A stretch of 64,000 bases of DNA from Candidatus Tepidifontimicrobium thermophilum (GTDB lineage Bacteria > Sysuimicrobiota > Sysuimicrobiia > Sysuimicrobiales > Sysuimicrobiaceae). The notes under the pieces are model-generated. The model worked only from the letters and a program-made list of their open reading frames with translations. It was not told the origin of the DNA and did not search any database. The first letter of the stretch is position 1. The number at the start of each line of letters is the position of its first letter. Shown piece after piece: positions 27,018 to 36,548 of the stretch. A program made the position numbers and the translations under genes. The DNA lies in NCBI GenBank assembly GCA_031459915.1, contig JAVKHO010000016.1, positions 1 through 64,000 of the forward strand, written 5' to 3'.

Positions 27018-28014
27018 GGGGGTCCCCGATGTGCACCCTGGGAAGCGGCACCCGCTCCAGGATCCGGTCGATGATGTGATCCGGCTGCACGTCCTCCGCC
27101 AGGGCCTCGTACGAGAGCACGAACCGGTGCCGCAGGACCTCGTAGGCCAGGTCCCGCACGTCCTCGGGCAGCGCGTACTCCCGCCCCCGCAGCACCGCCA
27201 GGGCCTTGGCACCCAGGATCAGGTTCAGGGGCGCCCGGGGGCTGGCTCCGAACTGGATGTACCGCTTCAACTCGGGCAGTCCCACACTGGCGGGGTCCCG
27301 GGTGGCCACGGCCAGCTGCACCGCGTACTCCATCACCCGGGGCGCCACGTACACCGTGTCCGCCACCCGCTGCAGCTCCAGGAGTTGCTCCGCGGTCAGC
27401 ACCTGTTCTGCCACCGGCCGCGTCTCCCCGGTCCCCCGCTCCACCACCTCGATCTCCTCGTGGACGGACGGGTAGGTGATCACCACCTTGAACATGAAGC
27501 GGTCCACCTGCGCCTCGGGGAGAGGGTAGGTCCCCTCACTCTCGATGGGGTTCTGGGTAGCCAGGACCAGGAAGGGTTCGGGGAGTCGGAAGGTCTGCTT
27601 CCCGATGGTCACCTGCCGTTCCTGCATGGCCTCCAGGAGAGCGGACTGGACCTTCGCGGGTGCCCGGTTGATCTCGTCCGCCAGGACCAGGTTGGCGAAG
27701 ATGGGCCCCAGCTCTACCTCGAAGGTCCCCCGCTGCTGGTTGTAGATCCGGGTCCCCACCAGGTCCGCGGGCACCAGATCCGGGGTGAACTGGATACGCT
27801 TGAACTCGCCCCCCACCACCTGGGCGGTGGTCTTGACCGCCAGGGTCTTGGCCAGTCCCGGCACCCCTTCGATGAGGATGTGGCCCCGGGCCAGCAGGGC
27901 GACCAGGATGCGCTCCAGCATCAGGTCCTGGCCCACGATGACCTTCTTGATCTCGAACAGCACCCGTCGCAGGGTGCTGGCGGCCTGCACGTACACGTCG
28001 GTGGCGAGCGGCAT
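26977..28014 (-). CDS. moxR: MoxR family AAA+ ATPase
   Basis: GVPGLAKT, RIQFTPDL, DEINRAPAKVQSALLEAMQE, ATQNPIE. Confidence 0.95.
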   Translation of the reverse strand: MPLATDVYVQAASTLRRVLFEIKKVIVGQDLMLERILVALLARGHILIEGVPGLAKTLAVKTTAQVVGGEFKRIQFTPDLVPADLVGTRIYNQQRGTFEVELGPIFANLVLADEINRAPAKVQSALLEAMQERQVTIGKQTFRLPEPFLVLATQNPIESEGTYPLPEAQVDRFMFKVVITYPSVHEEIEVVERGTGETRPVAEQVLTAEQLLELQRVADTVYVAPRVMEYAVQLAVATRDPASVGLPELKRYIQFGASPRAPLNLILGAKALAVLRGREYALPEDVRDLAYEVLRHRFVLSYEALAEDVQPDHIIDRILERVPLPRVHIGDPHGDARADLEAPRV

Positions 28015-28105
28015 GGAAGACCTCCCGCGCTGGTCCTTCGTTTCCTCGATGCTACCCCGGCCGTGCGGAGGGGTCAAACGCAGACCTTCACCGTGCCGTG
28101 ACAGC

Positions 28106-28969
28106 CTATCCCTTGATCGCGCCTGCCGTGAGGCCCGCGATGAACCGGTCGATGAAGGAGCTGTACACCACCGCGATGGGGACGCTGGTGATCAAGCAGG
28201 CGGCCATCAGGGAGCCCCAGTAGAAGACGTCCCCCCGCACCAGGGCCACGGGCACGCCCAGGCTCAGGGTCATCCGCTCCACCTGGCTGATGAAGGTGAG
28301 GGCGTAGACGAACTCCTGCAGGACCAGCGTGAACGCGAAGATCACCACGGTGAGCATCCCCGGGACCGCCAGGGGCAGTACCACCTTGCCGATGACCGCG
28401 AGCCGGCTGTAGCCGTCGATCATGGCCTGCTCCTCCAGGTCCCGGGGCACGGAGCGGAAGAAGCCCATCATGAGCCAAGTGCAGAAGGGGATGGTGAAGG
28501 TGGGGTAGACCAGCACCAGGGCTCCCAGCTTGTTCTGCAGGCCCAGCAGTGAGATAACCCGGGCGAAGGGGATGAACAGCAGGGTGGGCGGGACCAGGTA
28601 CGTGAGGAAGATGCCGATCCCGAGCCGCTCGCCCCACCGGCCCGCCAGCCGCGCCAGGCTGTACCCGGCAGGGACAGCCACCCCCAGGGTGATGGCCACC
28701 ACCGCCAGCCCTACGAGGGCCGTGTTCTTCACCCACACCAGGTACGGGGTGCCGAAGAACAGGAGCCGCACGTGGTCCAGGGTGGGCGGGTCGTTGAAGA
28801 TCCACGGCACGTGCTGCAGGTTAGTGGCGCCCACGTACAGGTCCCGGTTCTGCTTGAACGCAGTGAGGAACATCCAGTAGAAGGGGAAGACCGCGAACAC
28901 GGTGAAGACCGCGGCGGCGGTGTACAGGGCGACCCGCTTGGCCCCCCGCAGCACCGCCCGCCCGGTCAC
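28106..28969 (-). CDS. Carbohydrate ABC permease (MalG-like)
   Basis: EAA-like motif LEEQAMIDG, multiple TMs; GTG start inferred. Confidence 0.9.
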   Translation of the reverse strand: MTGRAVLRGAKRVALYTAAAVFTVFAVFPFYWMFLTAFKQNRDLYVGATNLQHVPWIFNDPPTLDHVRLLFFGTPYLVWVKNTALVGLAVVAITLGVAVPAGYSLARLAGRWGERLGIGIFLTYLVPPTLLFIPFARVISLLGLQNKLGALVLVYPTFTIPFCTWLMMGFFRSVPRDLEEQAMIDGYSRLAVIGKVVLPLAVPGMLTVVIFAFTLVLQEFVYALTFISQVERMTLSLGVPVALVRGDVFYWGSLMAACLITSVPIAVVYSSFIDRFIAGLTAGAIKG

Positions 28970-29910
28970 GTGCCCACCTCCGCCCGCCGGGCCAGCCGAA
29001 GCATGACCACCGCAGCCACCAGCAGCACCGGCAGCAGGAACAGGGCCACCGCGGCGCCCTCGCCCAGGTTGGCCCCCAGAATCCCCCTCTGGAAGGCCAG
29101 GGTGGCCAGGACGTGGGTGCTGTTGTAGGGCCCGCCGCGGGTCAGCAGCCAGACCACGCTGAAGTCGGTGGCGGTAAACACCACCCCGAACAGGACCGCC
29201 ACCGTCACCACGGGCAGCAGCATGGGCAGGTTCACGTGGAAGAGCCGCCGGAAGAACCCGGCCCCGTCCACCACCGCGGCCTCCCGGATGTCCTGGGGGA
29301 TGGCGCTCATGCCCGCCAGCACGATGACGGTAGCGAAGGGGAACATGCGCCACACGTGGACGGTGATGATGGCCACGGTGGCGAGCCCGGGCTCCCCGAA
29401 CCAGTACAGCCAGCCCGGCAGCAGGCCCAAGACCTTCAGCGTCCAGTTCACCACACTGAAGGTGGAGTCGAAGATCCACACCCACGCCATGGAGGCCAGC
29501 GCCACGGGCGCCGCCCACGGCAACAGAAGCAGAGACCGGACCAGCCGCTTGCCCACGAAGGCCGCGTCCAGCACGTGGGCCGCGGTCACCGCCAGGACCA
29601 TCACCAGCACCTGCGACACCAGCATGAACCGCAGGGTGTTCCCCAACGATCGGTGGAACTGCGGGTCGGACAGCAGCCGGGTGAAGTTCCGCAGCCCCAC
29701 CCAGTTAAAGTCGAGGCTACCGGCGGTGGCGGAGGAGAAGCTCAGGAGGATGGCCAGGACGAAAGGGACGCCCACCAGGAGGATCACGTACACGAGGGCC
29801 GGCGCCAGCATGAGCGGGCCCAGGACCGACTCCCGGTCCGCCAGGGTCCTTCGGGCGAACACCGGAGCGGGAGGAGCCAGGGTGACCTGCGCCTGAGGCC
29901 CCGAGGACAT
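28966..29910 (-). CDS. Carbohydrate ABC permease (MalF-like)
   Basis: VGLRNF, EAAVVDGA, TRGGP. Confidence 0.92.
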   Translation of the reverse strand: MSSGPQAQVTLAPPAPVFARRTLADRESVLGPLMLAPALVYVILLVGVPFVLAILLSFSSATAGSLDFNWVGLRNFTRLLSDPQFHRSLGNTLRFMLVSQVLVMVLAVTAAHVLDAAFVGKRLVRSLLLLPWAAPVALASMAWVWIFDSTFSVVNWTLKVLGLLPGWLYWFGEPGLATVAIITVHVWRMFPFATVIVLAGMSAIPQDIREAAVVDGAGFFRRLFHVNLPMLLPVVTVAVLFGVVFTATDFSVVWLLTRGGPYNSTHVLATLAFQRGILGANLGEGAAVALFLLPVLLVAAVVMLRLARRAEVGT

Positions 29911-29912
29911 GG

Positions 29913-30995
29913 TCAGCTGGGCGCGGGTTTACGCAGGCCCGTGCGGGCGTCGAAGAAGCGCAGGTCCCGGCGCCGGACCGCGAACTCGTACGCCTCCCCT
30001 TCCGCGATGGGGAGGGTGACGGTGATGGGGACCGCGGCGATGACCGGCTGGTCGCTGCGCCGTTCCTCCTCCAGGTACCCGTAGGCTAGCCGGTCCGAGC
30101 CCAGGTACTCCACCTCCCGCACCCGGAGCCGGTAGGTCACGAGGTCGGCCTCTCCCCCGAACGCCTCCCGCGGCAGGAAGTGCTCGGGCCGGAAGCCCAC
30201 CAGGGTTCGCTCGTCGTACTCCACCAGGTTCATGGGAGGCGAGCCGAGGAAGGTGGCCACGAAGGTGTCCGCGGGATTGTCGTAAACGTCCCGCGGGGTG
30301 CCGATCTGGCGGATCTTCCCTTTGTCCATGACGGCGATGCGGTCGCCCAACCCCATGGCCTCCACCTGGTCGTGGGTCACGTAGATGGTGGTGGTGCCCA
30401 GCTGCCGCTGTAGCTGCTTGAGCTCGAACCGCGCCACCGCCCGCAGCTTCGCGTCCAGGTTGCTCAGGGGTTCGTCCAGCAGGAACACCCTCGGGTCCCG
30501 CACCACGGCCCGCGCCAGGGCCACCCGCTGGCGCTCCCCGCCGGAGAGCTGTCTGGGGTGCCGGTCCAGCAGGCGCTCCAGCCCGAACAGGGCCGCCGCC
30601 CACTCCACCTTCCGACGCAAAGTGGACCGCTCCACCTGAGCGGCCTCCAGGGGGAACGCGATGTTCTGAAAGGCGGTCTTGTGCGGGTACAGGGCGTAGC
30701 TCTGGAAGACCATGGCGATCCCGCGGGCCCGGGGCGGCACGTCGTCGTCCACCCGCTCCCCCGCGATGTAGATCTCGCCCGCGGTGGGCCTCTCCAGGCC
30801 CGCGATCATGCGCATGAGGGTGGTCTTCCCGCAGCCGCTGGGCCCCAGCAGGACTACGAACTCCCCTTCCATCACGCACAGGTCCACCCCGTCCACGGCG
30901 CGGACGTCCCCGAAGTGCTTGCACAGGCCGCGGGTCTCCACGTACCCGAGGGCAGTCGGCTCCTCGGTGATCGGTGGACGAGTCAGCGTGCTCAA
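29913..30995 (-). CDS. Carbohydrate ABC ATPase (MalK-like)
   Basis: GPSGCGKTT, VFQSYALYPH, LSGGERQR, DEPLSNLD; TTG start after GAGGAGG. Confidence 0.93.
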   Translation of the reverse strand: MSTLTRPPITEEPTALGYVETRGLCKHFGDVRAVDGVDLCVMEGEFVVLLGPSGCGKTTLMRMIAGLERPTAGEIYIAGERVDDDVPPRARGIAMVFQSYALYPHKTAFQNIAFPLEAAQVERSTLRRKVEWAAALFGLERLLDRHPRQLSGGERQRVALARAVVRDPRVFLLDEPLSNLDAKLRAVARFELKQLQRQLGTTTIYVTHDQVEAMGLGDRIAVMDKGKIRQIGTPRDVYDNPADTFVATFLGSPPMNLVEYDERTLVGFRPEHFLPREAFGGEADLVTYRLRVREVEYLGSDRLAYGYLEEERRSDQPVIAAVPITVTLPIAEGEAYEFAVRRRDLRFFDARTGLRKPAPS

Positions 30996-31073
30996 CGACC
31001 TCCTCCTCGCGGGCGGGCCGGGCGGCCGTGCCCCCCGGCCCGCCCTCAAGACTCGCAGCTCGGGCCCCGGAGC

Positions 31074-32528
31074 TTACCGGTCCCGTCCTCCGCCCACCAG
31101 ACCCTGCTGCCGCCACTTGCGGAAGATCTCCACGCACCGACGGTGGGTCTGCTGGACCGCCTCCCTCACACTCAGCCGGCCCGTGGCCGCCTGGGCGAAC
31201 ATGTCCGGGATCAGGTAGGTGTCGAAGATCTCGCCCTCGGCGGGGTTGGCAGGCCCGGGGTGCCCGATGTTGGTGGACCACTGCTCCGCGTCCGCCAGCA
31301 CCCGCAGCTTGTCCGGCGGGTTGGACCCGAAGGGGTCGCGGATCACTGCCGCCCGCATCCACCGGCGGCCCGCATCGGGCTTCTCCGCCACCGGCACCCG
31401 CCTGTCCGCCACGCTCCCCATGAAGGACGGGAAGTTGTACAGCTTGCTGGCCAGCACCGCGTCCCGGTAGTTGTCCACCAGGTGCAGCAAGAACTCCTTC
31501 GCCAGGTCGGGGCTGCGGGCGAACCGCCAGATCACCCACACGCCCATCACGTGCTCGCTGGCCCACCGGCCGCCGGGGCCCCGCAGGGCCGGCACGAACC
31601 AGATGTCGTCCGCCACCGGGAGCCGGTTGTCCTGGGCGGTCCGGTACGCAGAGATGGAGTTGAGGATGTAGGCGGTCTGACGGGCGTTCAGGGCCTGGTT
31701 GTTGCTGGCCGCGTTCCAGCTCAGCACCGCCGGGTTCATGCACTCCCGGAACAGCCGGACCCCGTACTCCACCGCGCGGATGGTCTGCTCGCTGTTGAGG
31801 ACCACGTTCTCGTTGGCGTCCTGGATGCTGGCCCCGAAGGACCACAGGATGGCCCGGGTGGCCATGTTGGAGTCGATGTCCTGGCTGAAGCCGATGCCGA
31901 TGGGGATCTGGATCTCGGGGAACCGGCGCTTGATCTCGTTGCCCGCCTTGATCAGGTCGTCCCACGTGGCGGGCCCGTTGGGGTAGCCCACCGCGGTCCA
32001 CACGCTCTTCAGGTAGTCCCCGGGGTCGGGCACCCAGTTGTCGGAGAAGCCGTAGAACTTCCGGGAGTTAGGGTTGTACACGCTCTTGCGCACCAGGGGG
32101 ACCATGGGCCCGTACCGCCGCTCCGCCTCCTGGTTGATGTCTCGGAGGTCCAGGACGTGGGGTTCGAAGGCTGAAGGCGGCGAGAGGAAGAAGAACAGGT
32201 CGTGGCCCTGCTGGGCCGCCACCTCCGCGTTCGCCCGCGGCACGATGTCCGCGAAGGACACGTGGTCTACAGTCACCTGCACCCCCCGCTCGCGGCCCCA
32301 CCGCTGCGCGAAGGGGTCGAACCACTCGTCGAAGGCCGGCACGAAGTGGCTCCAGGTGAGGATCCGCAGGGTCCGCTGCTGGGCCAGGGAGTACTTGGGC
32401 ACGTAGAAGTACGGCATGCCCAGGGCCGCGGTGGCCACCGCGGCCTTCCTGATGAACTCCCGTCGGGAGATGCGGACGTCCTCCGCCTGGGCGGCTCCCG
32501 CTCCCGCGGCCTTGCGAGACTCGTCCAT
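31074..32528 (-). CDS. Sugar ABC substrate-binding protein with a Tat signal
   Basis: SRREFI twin-arginine motif; SBP family-1 features (PATWDDL); first gene of the operon. Confidence 0.88.
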   Translation of the reverse strand: MDESRKAAGAGAAQAEDVRISRREFIRKAAVATAALGMPYFYVPKYSLAQQRTLRILTWSHFVPAFDEWFDPFAQRWGRERGVQVTVDHVSFADIVPRANAEVAAQQGHDLFFFLSPPSAFEPHVLDLRDINQEAERRYGPMVPLVRKSVYNPNSRKFYGFSDNWVPDPGDYLKSVWTAVGYPNGPATWDDLIKAGNEIKRRFPEIQIPIGIGFSQDIDSNMATRAILWSFGASIQDANENVVLNSEQTIRAVEYGVRLFRECMNPAVLSWNAASNNQALNARQTAYILNSISAYRTAQDNRLPVADDIWFVPALRGPGGRWASEHVMGVWVIWRFARSPDLAKEFLLHLVDNYRDAVLASKLYNFPSFMGSVADRRVPVAEKPDAGRRWMRAAVIRDPFGSNPPDKLRVLADAEQWSTNIGHPGPANPAEGEIFDTYLIPDMFAQAATGRLSVREAVQQTHRRCVEIFRKWRQQGLVGGGRDR

Positions 32529-32676
32529 CCCGAGCTTCACCCCCTCCCGGTGGTTGGGATCCCCGGCCCCCCTTGTTCGGGAAGTCCGGTCGTGCACTAC
32601 CTACGCCGCCGCGCGCCCCCTTCCCTCCGCAAAGCACTCACCGGCTCGGACCTGAGGGTGGACGGACGCGGGAGAG

Positions 32677-32752
32677 TGGTGGCCCCAGGGGAATTCGAAT
32701 CCCCGTCTCCGCCTTGAGAGGGCGGTATCCTAGGCCTCTAGACGATGGGGCC
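32677..32752 (-). tRNA. tRNA-Glu (CTC)
   Basis: GGCCCCATCGTCTAG...CCGCC-CTCTCAA-GGCGG...TTCGAATTCCCCTGGGGCCACCA cloverleaf with encoded CCA. Confidence 0.96.
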
Positions 32753-32774
32753 ACGTCACGACCAAAGCCACCAG

Positions 32775-32848
32775 TGGCTGGGGGAGGAGGATTCGAACCC
32801 CCACTAACGGGTCCAGAGCCCGTCGTCCTACCGTTAGACGATCCCCCA
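32775..32848 (-). tRNA. tRNA-Gln (CTG)
   Basis: TGGGGGATCGTCTAA...ACGGG-CTCTGGA-CCCGT...GTTCGAATCC...CCCAGCCA. Confidence 0.96.
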
Positions 32849-32917
32849 GGGCCTACACACCAAGCCCCGCGTTTCCGCGGGGCCCGCCGCTATTGTGCCC
32901 GGCCCGGCTGCGGGTTG

Positions 32918-34471
32918 TCAAACCGCGCTCCCCGCCGCCGTCCCGACCGCCACGGCGTGCTCCAGGCGCCGCAGGACCCGCTCCCGTCCCAGGACCTCCA
33001 TGAGCTCGAACAGGCCGGGGCCCACGGTCTTCCCCGTGAGGGCCACCCGGACCGGATGCACTACCGCCCGCATGGAAAGCCCGCGCTCCGCCGCGGCCCG
33101 GCGCAATGCGGCCTCGAGGGTGTCTGCGGCGAAGGGCTCCACCTCCCGGGCCACCTCCTGTGCTAGCCGCAGGACCGCCGCGGCCTGCTCCCCCTGGAGG
33201 TACGAGGCCACGGCCTGCGGCTCGTACCGCGGGGTTTCGAGGAAGAAGAAGTCCCCGTACCTGAGGACGTCCGCCCCCTCCTTGATCCGCTCGCCCAGCA
33301 CCTCCACCACCCGCCGGACGTACGTGCGCTGCTCGGGAGGGAGTTGCTCGGGCAGCAGGCCCTGGCGGGCGAGGTAGCCGGCCACCAGATCCACCACCCG
33401 GTCGGGGTCCTCCCGTAGGGCCCGGCGCATGTACTCCCCGTTCATCCACAGGAGTTTCTGCCGGTCGAACACAGGGGAGGCACGCCCCACCTGGGACAGG
33501 TCGAACCGCTGGACCAGCTCCTCCGTGCTGAAGATCTCCCGGCCGTCCTCGGGGTACCAGGCCATGAGGGCGAAGAAGTTCCGGAGCGCCTCCGGGAGGT
33601 ACAGCTCGTCCCGGTACTCCCGCAGGGCGGTGTCCCCGTGCCGCTTGCTGAGCTTCTTTCGATCGGGCCCCACCAGGACGGGAAGGTGGGCGAACTGCGG
33701 CGGCTCCCAGCCCAGGGCCCGGTACAGCAACACCTGGCGCGGGGTGTTGCTCAGGTGTTCGACCGCGCGGACCACGTGGGTGATGCGCATCCCGTGGTCG
33801 TCCACCACGTTGGCGAAGTTGTACAGGGCGGTGCCGTCGGACCGGACCACGATGAAGTCGTCCAGCTCGTCCAGGGCGAAGGCCACCTCGCCCCGGATCA
33901 GGTCGTGCACCACCACGTACAGCCGGTCCCCGCCGTCCTCCCGCCGCGCCTGCAGCCAGCCGTCCGCGCTGACCCAGCGGGGGTCGTGGAACCGCCCCAC
34001 GTCCAGCCGCAACGCCGGCCGCCGGCCCTCCCGTTCCAGCGCACGGACCTCGGCCTCCGACCGAGCCCGGCAACGCCCAGAGTAGCGGTACGGCCGCCGC
34101 TCCGCCAGAGCCCGCTGCCGCTCCTGCTCGATCTCCTCGGGCGTGCAGTAGCAGCGGTACGCCGCTCCCGCCCGCAGCAGCGCTTCGGCCGCCTCCCGGT
34201 ACAGGTGCGCTCGCTGGCTCTGCCGGTACGGGCCGTACGGCCCCCCGACGTCCGGCCCCTCGTCCCAGTCGATCCCCAGCCACCGGAGGTCCTCGTAGAT
34301 GGCCCGCTCGTACTCGGGGGAGGAGCGCGCGGGGTCCGTGTCCTCGATGCGCAGGACCACCTGGCCCCCGTGGCGCCGGGCGAACAGCCAGTTGAAGAAG
34401 GCCGCCCAGGCGTTCCCCACGTGCAGGTAGCCTGTGGGGCTGGGCGGGATGCGGGTGCGCACCGAGCCCAT
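32918..34471 (-). CDS. gltX: Glutamate--tRNA ligase
   Basis: PPSPTGYLHVGN (HIGH), LRIEDTD, KLSKR (KMSKS), RVALTG. Confidence 0.95.
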   Translation of the reverse strand: MGSVRTRIPPSPTGYLHVGNAWAAFFNWLFARRHGGQVVLRIEDTDPARSSPEYERAIYEDLRWLGIDWDEGPDVGGPYGPYRQSQRAHLYREAAEALLRAGAAYRCYCTPEEIEQERQRALAERRPYRYSGRCRARSEAEVRALEREGRRPALRLDVGRFHDPRWVSADGWLQARREDGGDRLYVVVHDLIRGEVAFALDELDDFIVVRSDGTALYNFANVVDDHGMRITHVVRAVEHLSNTPRQVLLYRALGWEPPQFAHLPVLVGPDRKKLSKRHGDTALREYRDELYLPEALRNFFALMAWYPEDGREIFSTEELVQRFDLSQVGRASPVFDRQKLLWMNGEYMRRALREDPDRVVDLVAGYLARQGLLPEQLPPEQRTYVRRVVEVLGERIKEGADVLRYGDFFFLETPRYEPQAVASYLQGEQAAAVLRLAQEVAREVEPFAADTLEAALRRAAAERGLSMRAVVHPVRVALTGKTVGPGLFELMEVLGRERVLRRLEHAVAVGTAAGSAV

Positions 34472-34474
34472 GGC

Positions 34475-35416
34475 CTACGTGAACAGGGCGCTGACGGACT
34501 CGTCCCCGTGGATGCGGCGGATGGCCTCCGCCAGCAGGGGCGCCGCGGACAGCACCCGGACCTTGGGCGGCGCCTCGGGGTGTCGGGGGATGGTGTTGGT
34601 GACGATGACCTCCCGGATCTCGGGCCGGCTCAGCCGCTGAAGGGCAGGGCCCGCGAACACCGCGTGGGTGGCGCACACGTACGCCTCCGGCTGGGCCCCG
34701 TGCTGCACCAGGGCGTCCACCGCACCCGAGATGGTCCCCGCGGTGTCGATGATGTCCTCGATGAGGATGGGAACCCGCCCCTCCACCTCGCCCACTACCT
34801 CCACGGGCTGCTTGGTGTCCTTGCCCACGCGCCGCTGGAAGACGATGGCCAGGGGCAGATCCAGGCGGTCGGCCAGCTGCTTGCTGCGCTTCACCGCACC
34901 GTCGTCCGCCGCCACCACCACCGCGTTGCGCAGGCCCTTGTGCCGGAGGTCGTCGCTGAACAGGGGCATGGCCCGCAGGTGGTCCACGGGGATGCTGAAG
35001 AAGCCCTCGATCTGTCCCGCGTGCAGGTCCACGGTCAGCACGCGGTCCACGCCCGCGGTGATGAGGAGATCTGCCACCAGCCGGCCCGTGATGGGCTCCC
35101 GGGGCGCGTCCTTCTTGTCCTTCCGTGCGTAGCCGTAGTAGGGGATCACTGCGGTGATGCGGCCCGCGGACGCCCGGCGGAGGGCGTCCACCATGATGAG
35201 CAGCTCCATGAGGTTCTCGTTCACCGGGTGGCACAGGGACTGGACCACGAAGGCGTCCACGCCCCGCGCGTTTTCCTCGTAGCGCACGTAGATCTCCCCG
35301 TCCGCGAACCGCTCGATCCGCACCCGGCCCAGCTCCATGCGCAGGCACCGGGCGATCTCCTCCGCCAGGGGGCGGTTTGAGGTCCCGCTGAACAGCTTGA
35401 GGGGTCCGTACTCCAA
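34475..35416 (-). CDS. prs: Ribose-phosphate pyrophosphokinase (divergent catalytic loop)
   Basis: FADGE, PYYGYAR, DLHAGQIEGFF, DIIDTAGT, VTNTI. Confidence 0.9.
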   Translation of the reverse strand: MEYGPLKLFSGTSNRPLAEEIARCLRMELGRVRIERFADGEIYVRYEENARGVDAFVVQSLCHPVNENLMELLIMVDALRRASAGRITAVIPYYGYARKDKKDAPREPITGRLVADLLITAGVDRVLTVDLHAGQIEGFFSIPVDHLRAMPLFSDDLRHKGLRNAVVVAADDGAVKRSKQLADRLDLPLAIVFQRRVGKDTKQPVEVVGEVEGRVPILIEDIIDTAGTISGAVDALVQHGAQPEAYVCATHAVFAGPALQRLSRPEIREVIVTNTIPRHPEAPPKVRVLSAAPLLAEAIRRIHGDESVSALFT

Positions 35417-35468
35417 GGGCGCCTCCGGCCGCGGCCTCCGAACCCACTATAGCAGCCGCAACGCGCGG

Positions 35469-35747
35469 TCAGCGAGCCGGGGGCGTCCGGGCCTCCACCA
35501 GGAACCGGATGGCGGTGCGCTCCTGACCGTCGATCTCGACCTTGGTGAAGGCGGGGATGGCCACCAGGTCGATCCCGTTGGGGGCGATGAACCCGCGGGT
35601 GATGGCGATGGCCTTCACCGCCTGGTTCACCGCACCCGCACCGATGGCCTGCAGTTCCGCCGACCCGTGCTCGCGCAGCAGGGCCGCCAGAGCTCCGGCC
35701 ACGGCCTTGGGGTTGGAGTCCGCAGAGACCTTCAGGACCTCGGGCAT
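35469..35747 (-). CDS. spoVS: SpoVS family protein
   Basis: LKVSADSNPKAVAGALA, QAIGAGAVNQAVKAIAI. Confidence 0.95.
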   Translation of the reverse strand: MPEVLKVSADSNPKAVAGALAALLREHGSAELQAIGAGAVNQAVKAIAITRGFIAPNGIDLVAIPAFTKVEIDGQERTAIRFLVEARTPPAR

Positions 35748-35807
35748 CTCGACCACCCGCGGTGGGGCGGTCTTTCGCTCACGCACCGCGTAGGTTACTT
35801 TTCCTTG

Positions 35808-36548
35808 TCAACCCGCCCCTTCCCTCCTGGAGGCGGACCGGAGGACCAGCCAGGCGAAATGGGGCAAAGCGAGCTGCCTCCGCCACCGCCTGGGCTCCCG
35901 CAGCAGCCGGTACAGCCACTCCAGGTGGACCCGGCGGAGCCACGCAGGGGCTCTGGCGCTGCGGCCCGCCAGCACGTCCAGGCTCCCTCCCACCCCCATG
36001 GCCACCCGCACCCCTAGCCGGTCCAGGTGGCGGCTCAGCCATAGCTCCTGCCGGGGGCTGCCCAGCCCGCAGAACAGGAGGGCCGCGCCGGAACGCGCCA
36101 CCGCCTCCACCACGGCCCCTTCTACTTGGAAGTATCCGTGGTGGGTACCGGCCACCGGCAAACCGGGCCAACGCCGGCGCAGCTCCGCCGCCGCCTGTTC
36201 TGCTACCCCCGGCAGGCCCCCGAGCAGGAAGATAGGCCAACCCTGGCGTGCTGCCCGCTCGCACAACGCCTCCATCAGCTCGACCCCGGGCACACGCTCG
36301 GGCAGGGGCCTGCCCAGCCGGCGAGACGCCCACACCACGCCGATCCCGTCCGCCACCACCAGGGAAGCTCCCCGCACGGCCCGGACTAGCTCCGGGTCCT
36401 TCCTGGCGGCCATCACCAGCTCCGGGTTGGCGGTCACCACCAAGTGAGCGCCGCCTGACTCCACGAGGGAGGCCACGCGGTCAGCCGCCTCGGCGAGTCT
36501 CACGGGGTCGAAGGGAACCCCGAGGACCCACACCCGGTCGGTCAACAC
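35808..36548 (-). CDS. tagA: WecB/TagA/CpsF family glycosyltransferase
   Basis: VTANPE, ADGIG, GLGSPRQE, GVGGSLD, LEWLYRL. Confidence 0.9.
   Translation of the reverse strand: MLTDRVWVLGVPFDPVRLAEAADRVASLVESGGAHLVVTANPELVMAARKDPELVRAVRGASLVVADGIGVVWASRRLGRPLPERVPGVELMEALCERAARQGWPIFLLGGLPGVAEQAAAELRRRWPGLPVAGTHHGYFQVEGAVVEAVARSGAALLFCGLGSPRQELWLSRHLDRLGVRVAMGVGGSLDVLAGRSARAPAWLRRVHLEWLYRLLREPRRWRRQLALPHFAWLVLRSASRREGAG

Noticed and set aside
24136..28014. MoxR-DUF58-VWA-VWA operon as a novel system
   Set aside because: Well-known, widespread arrangement with canonical motifs
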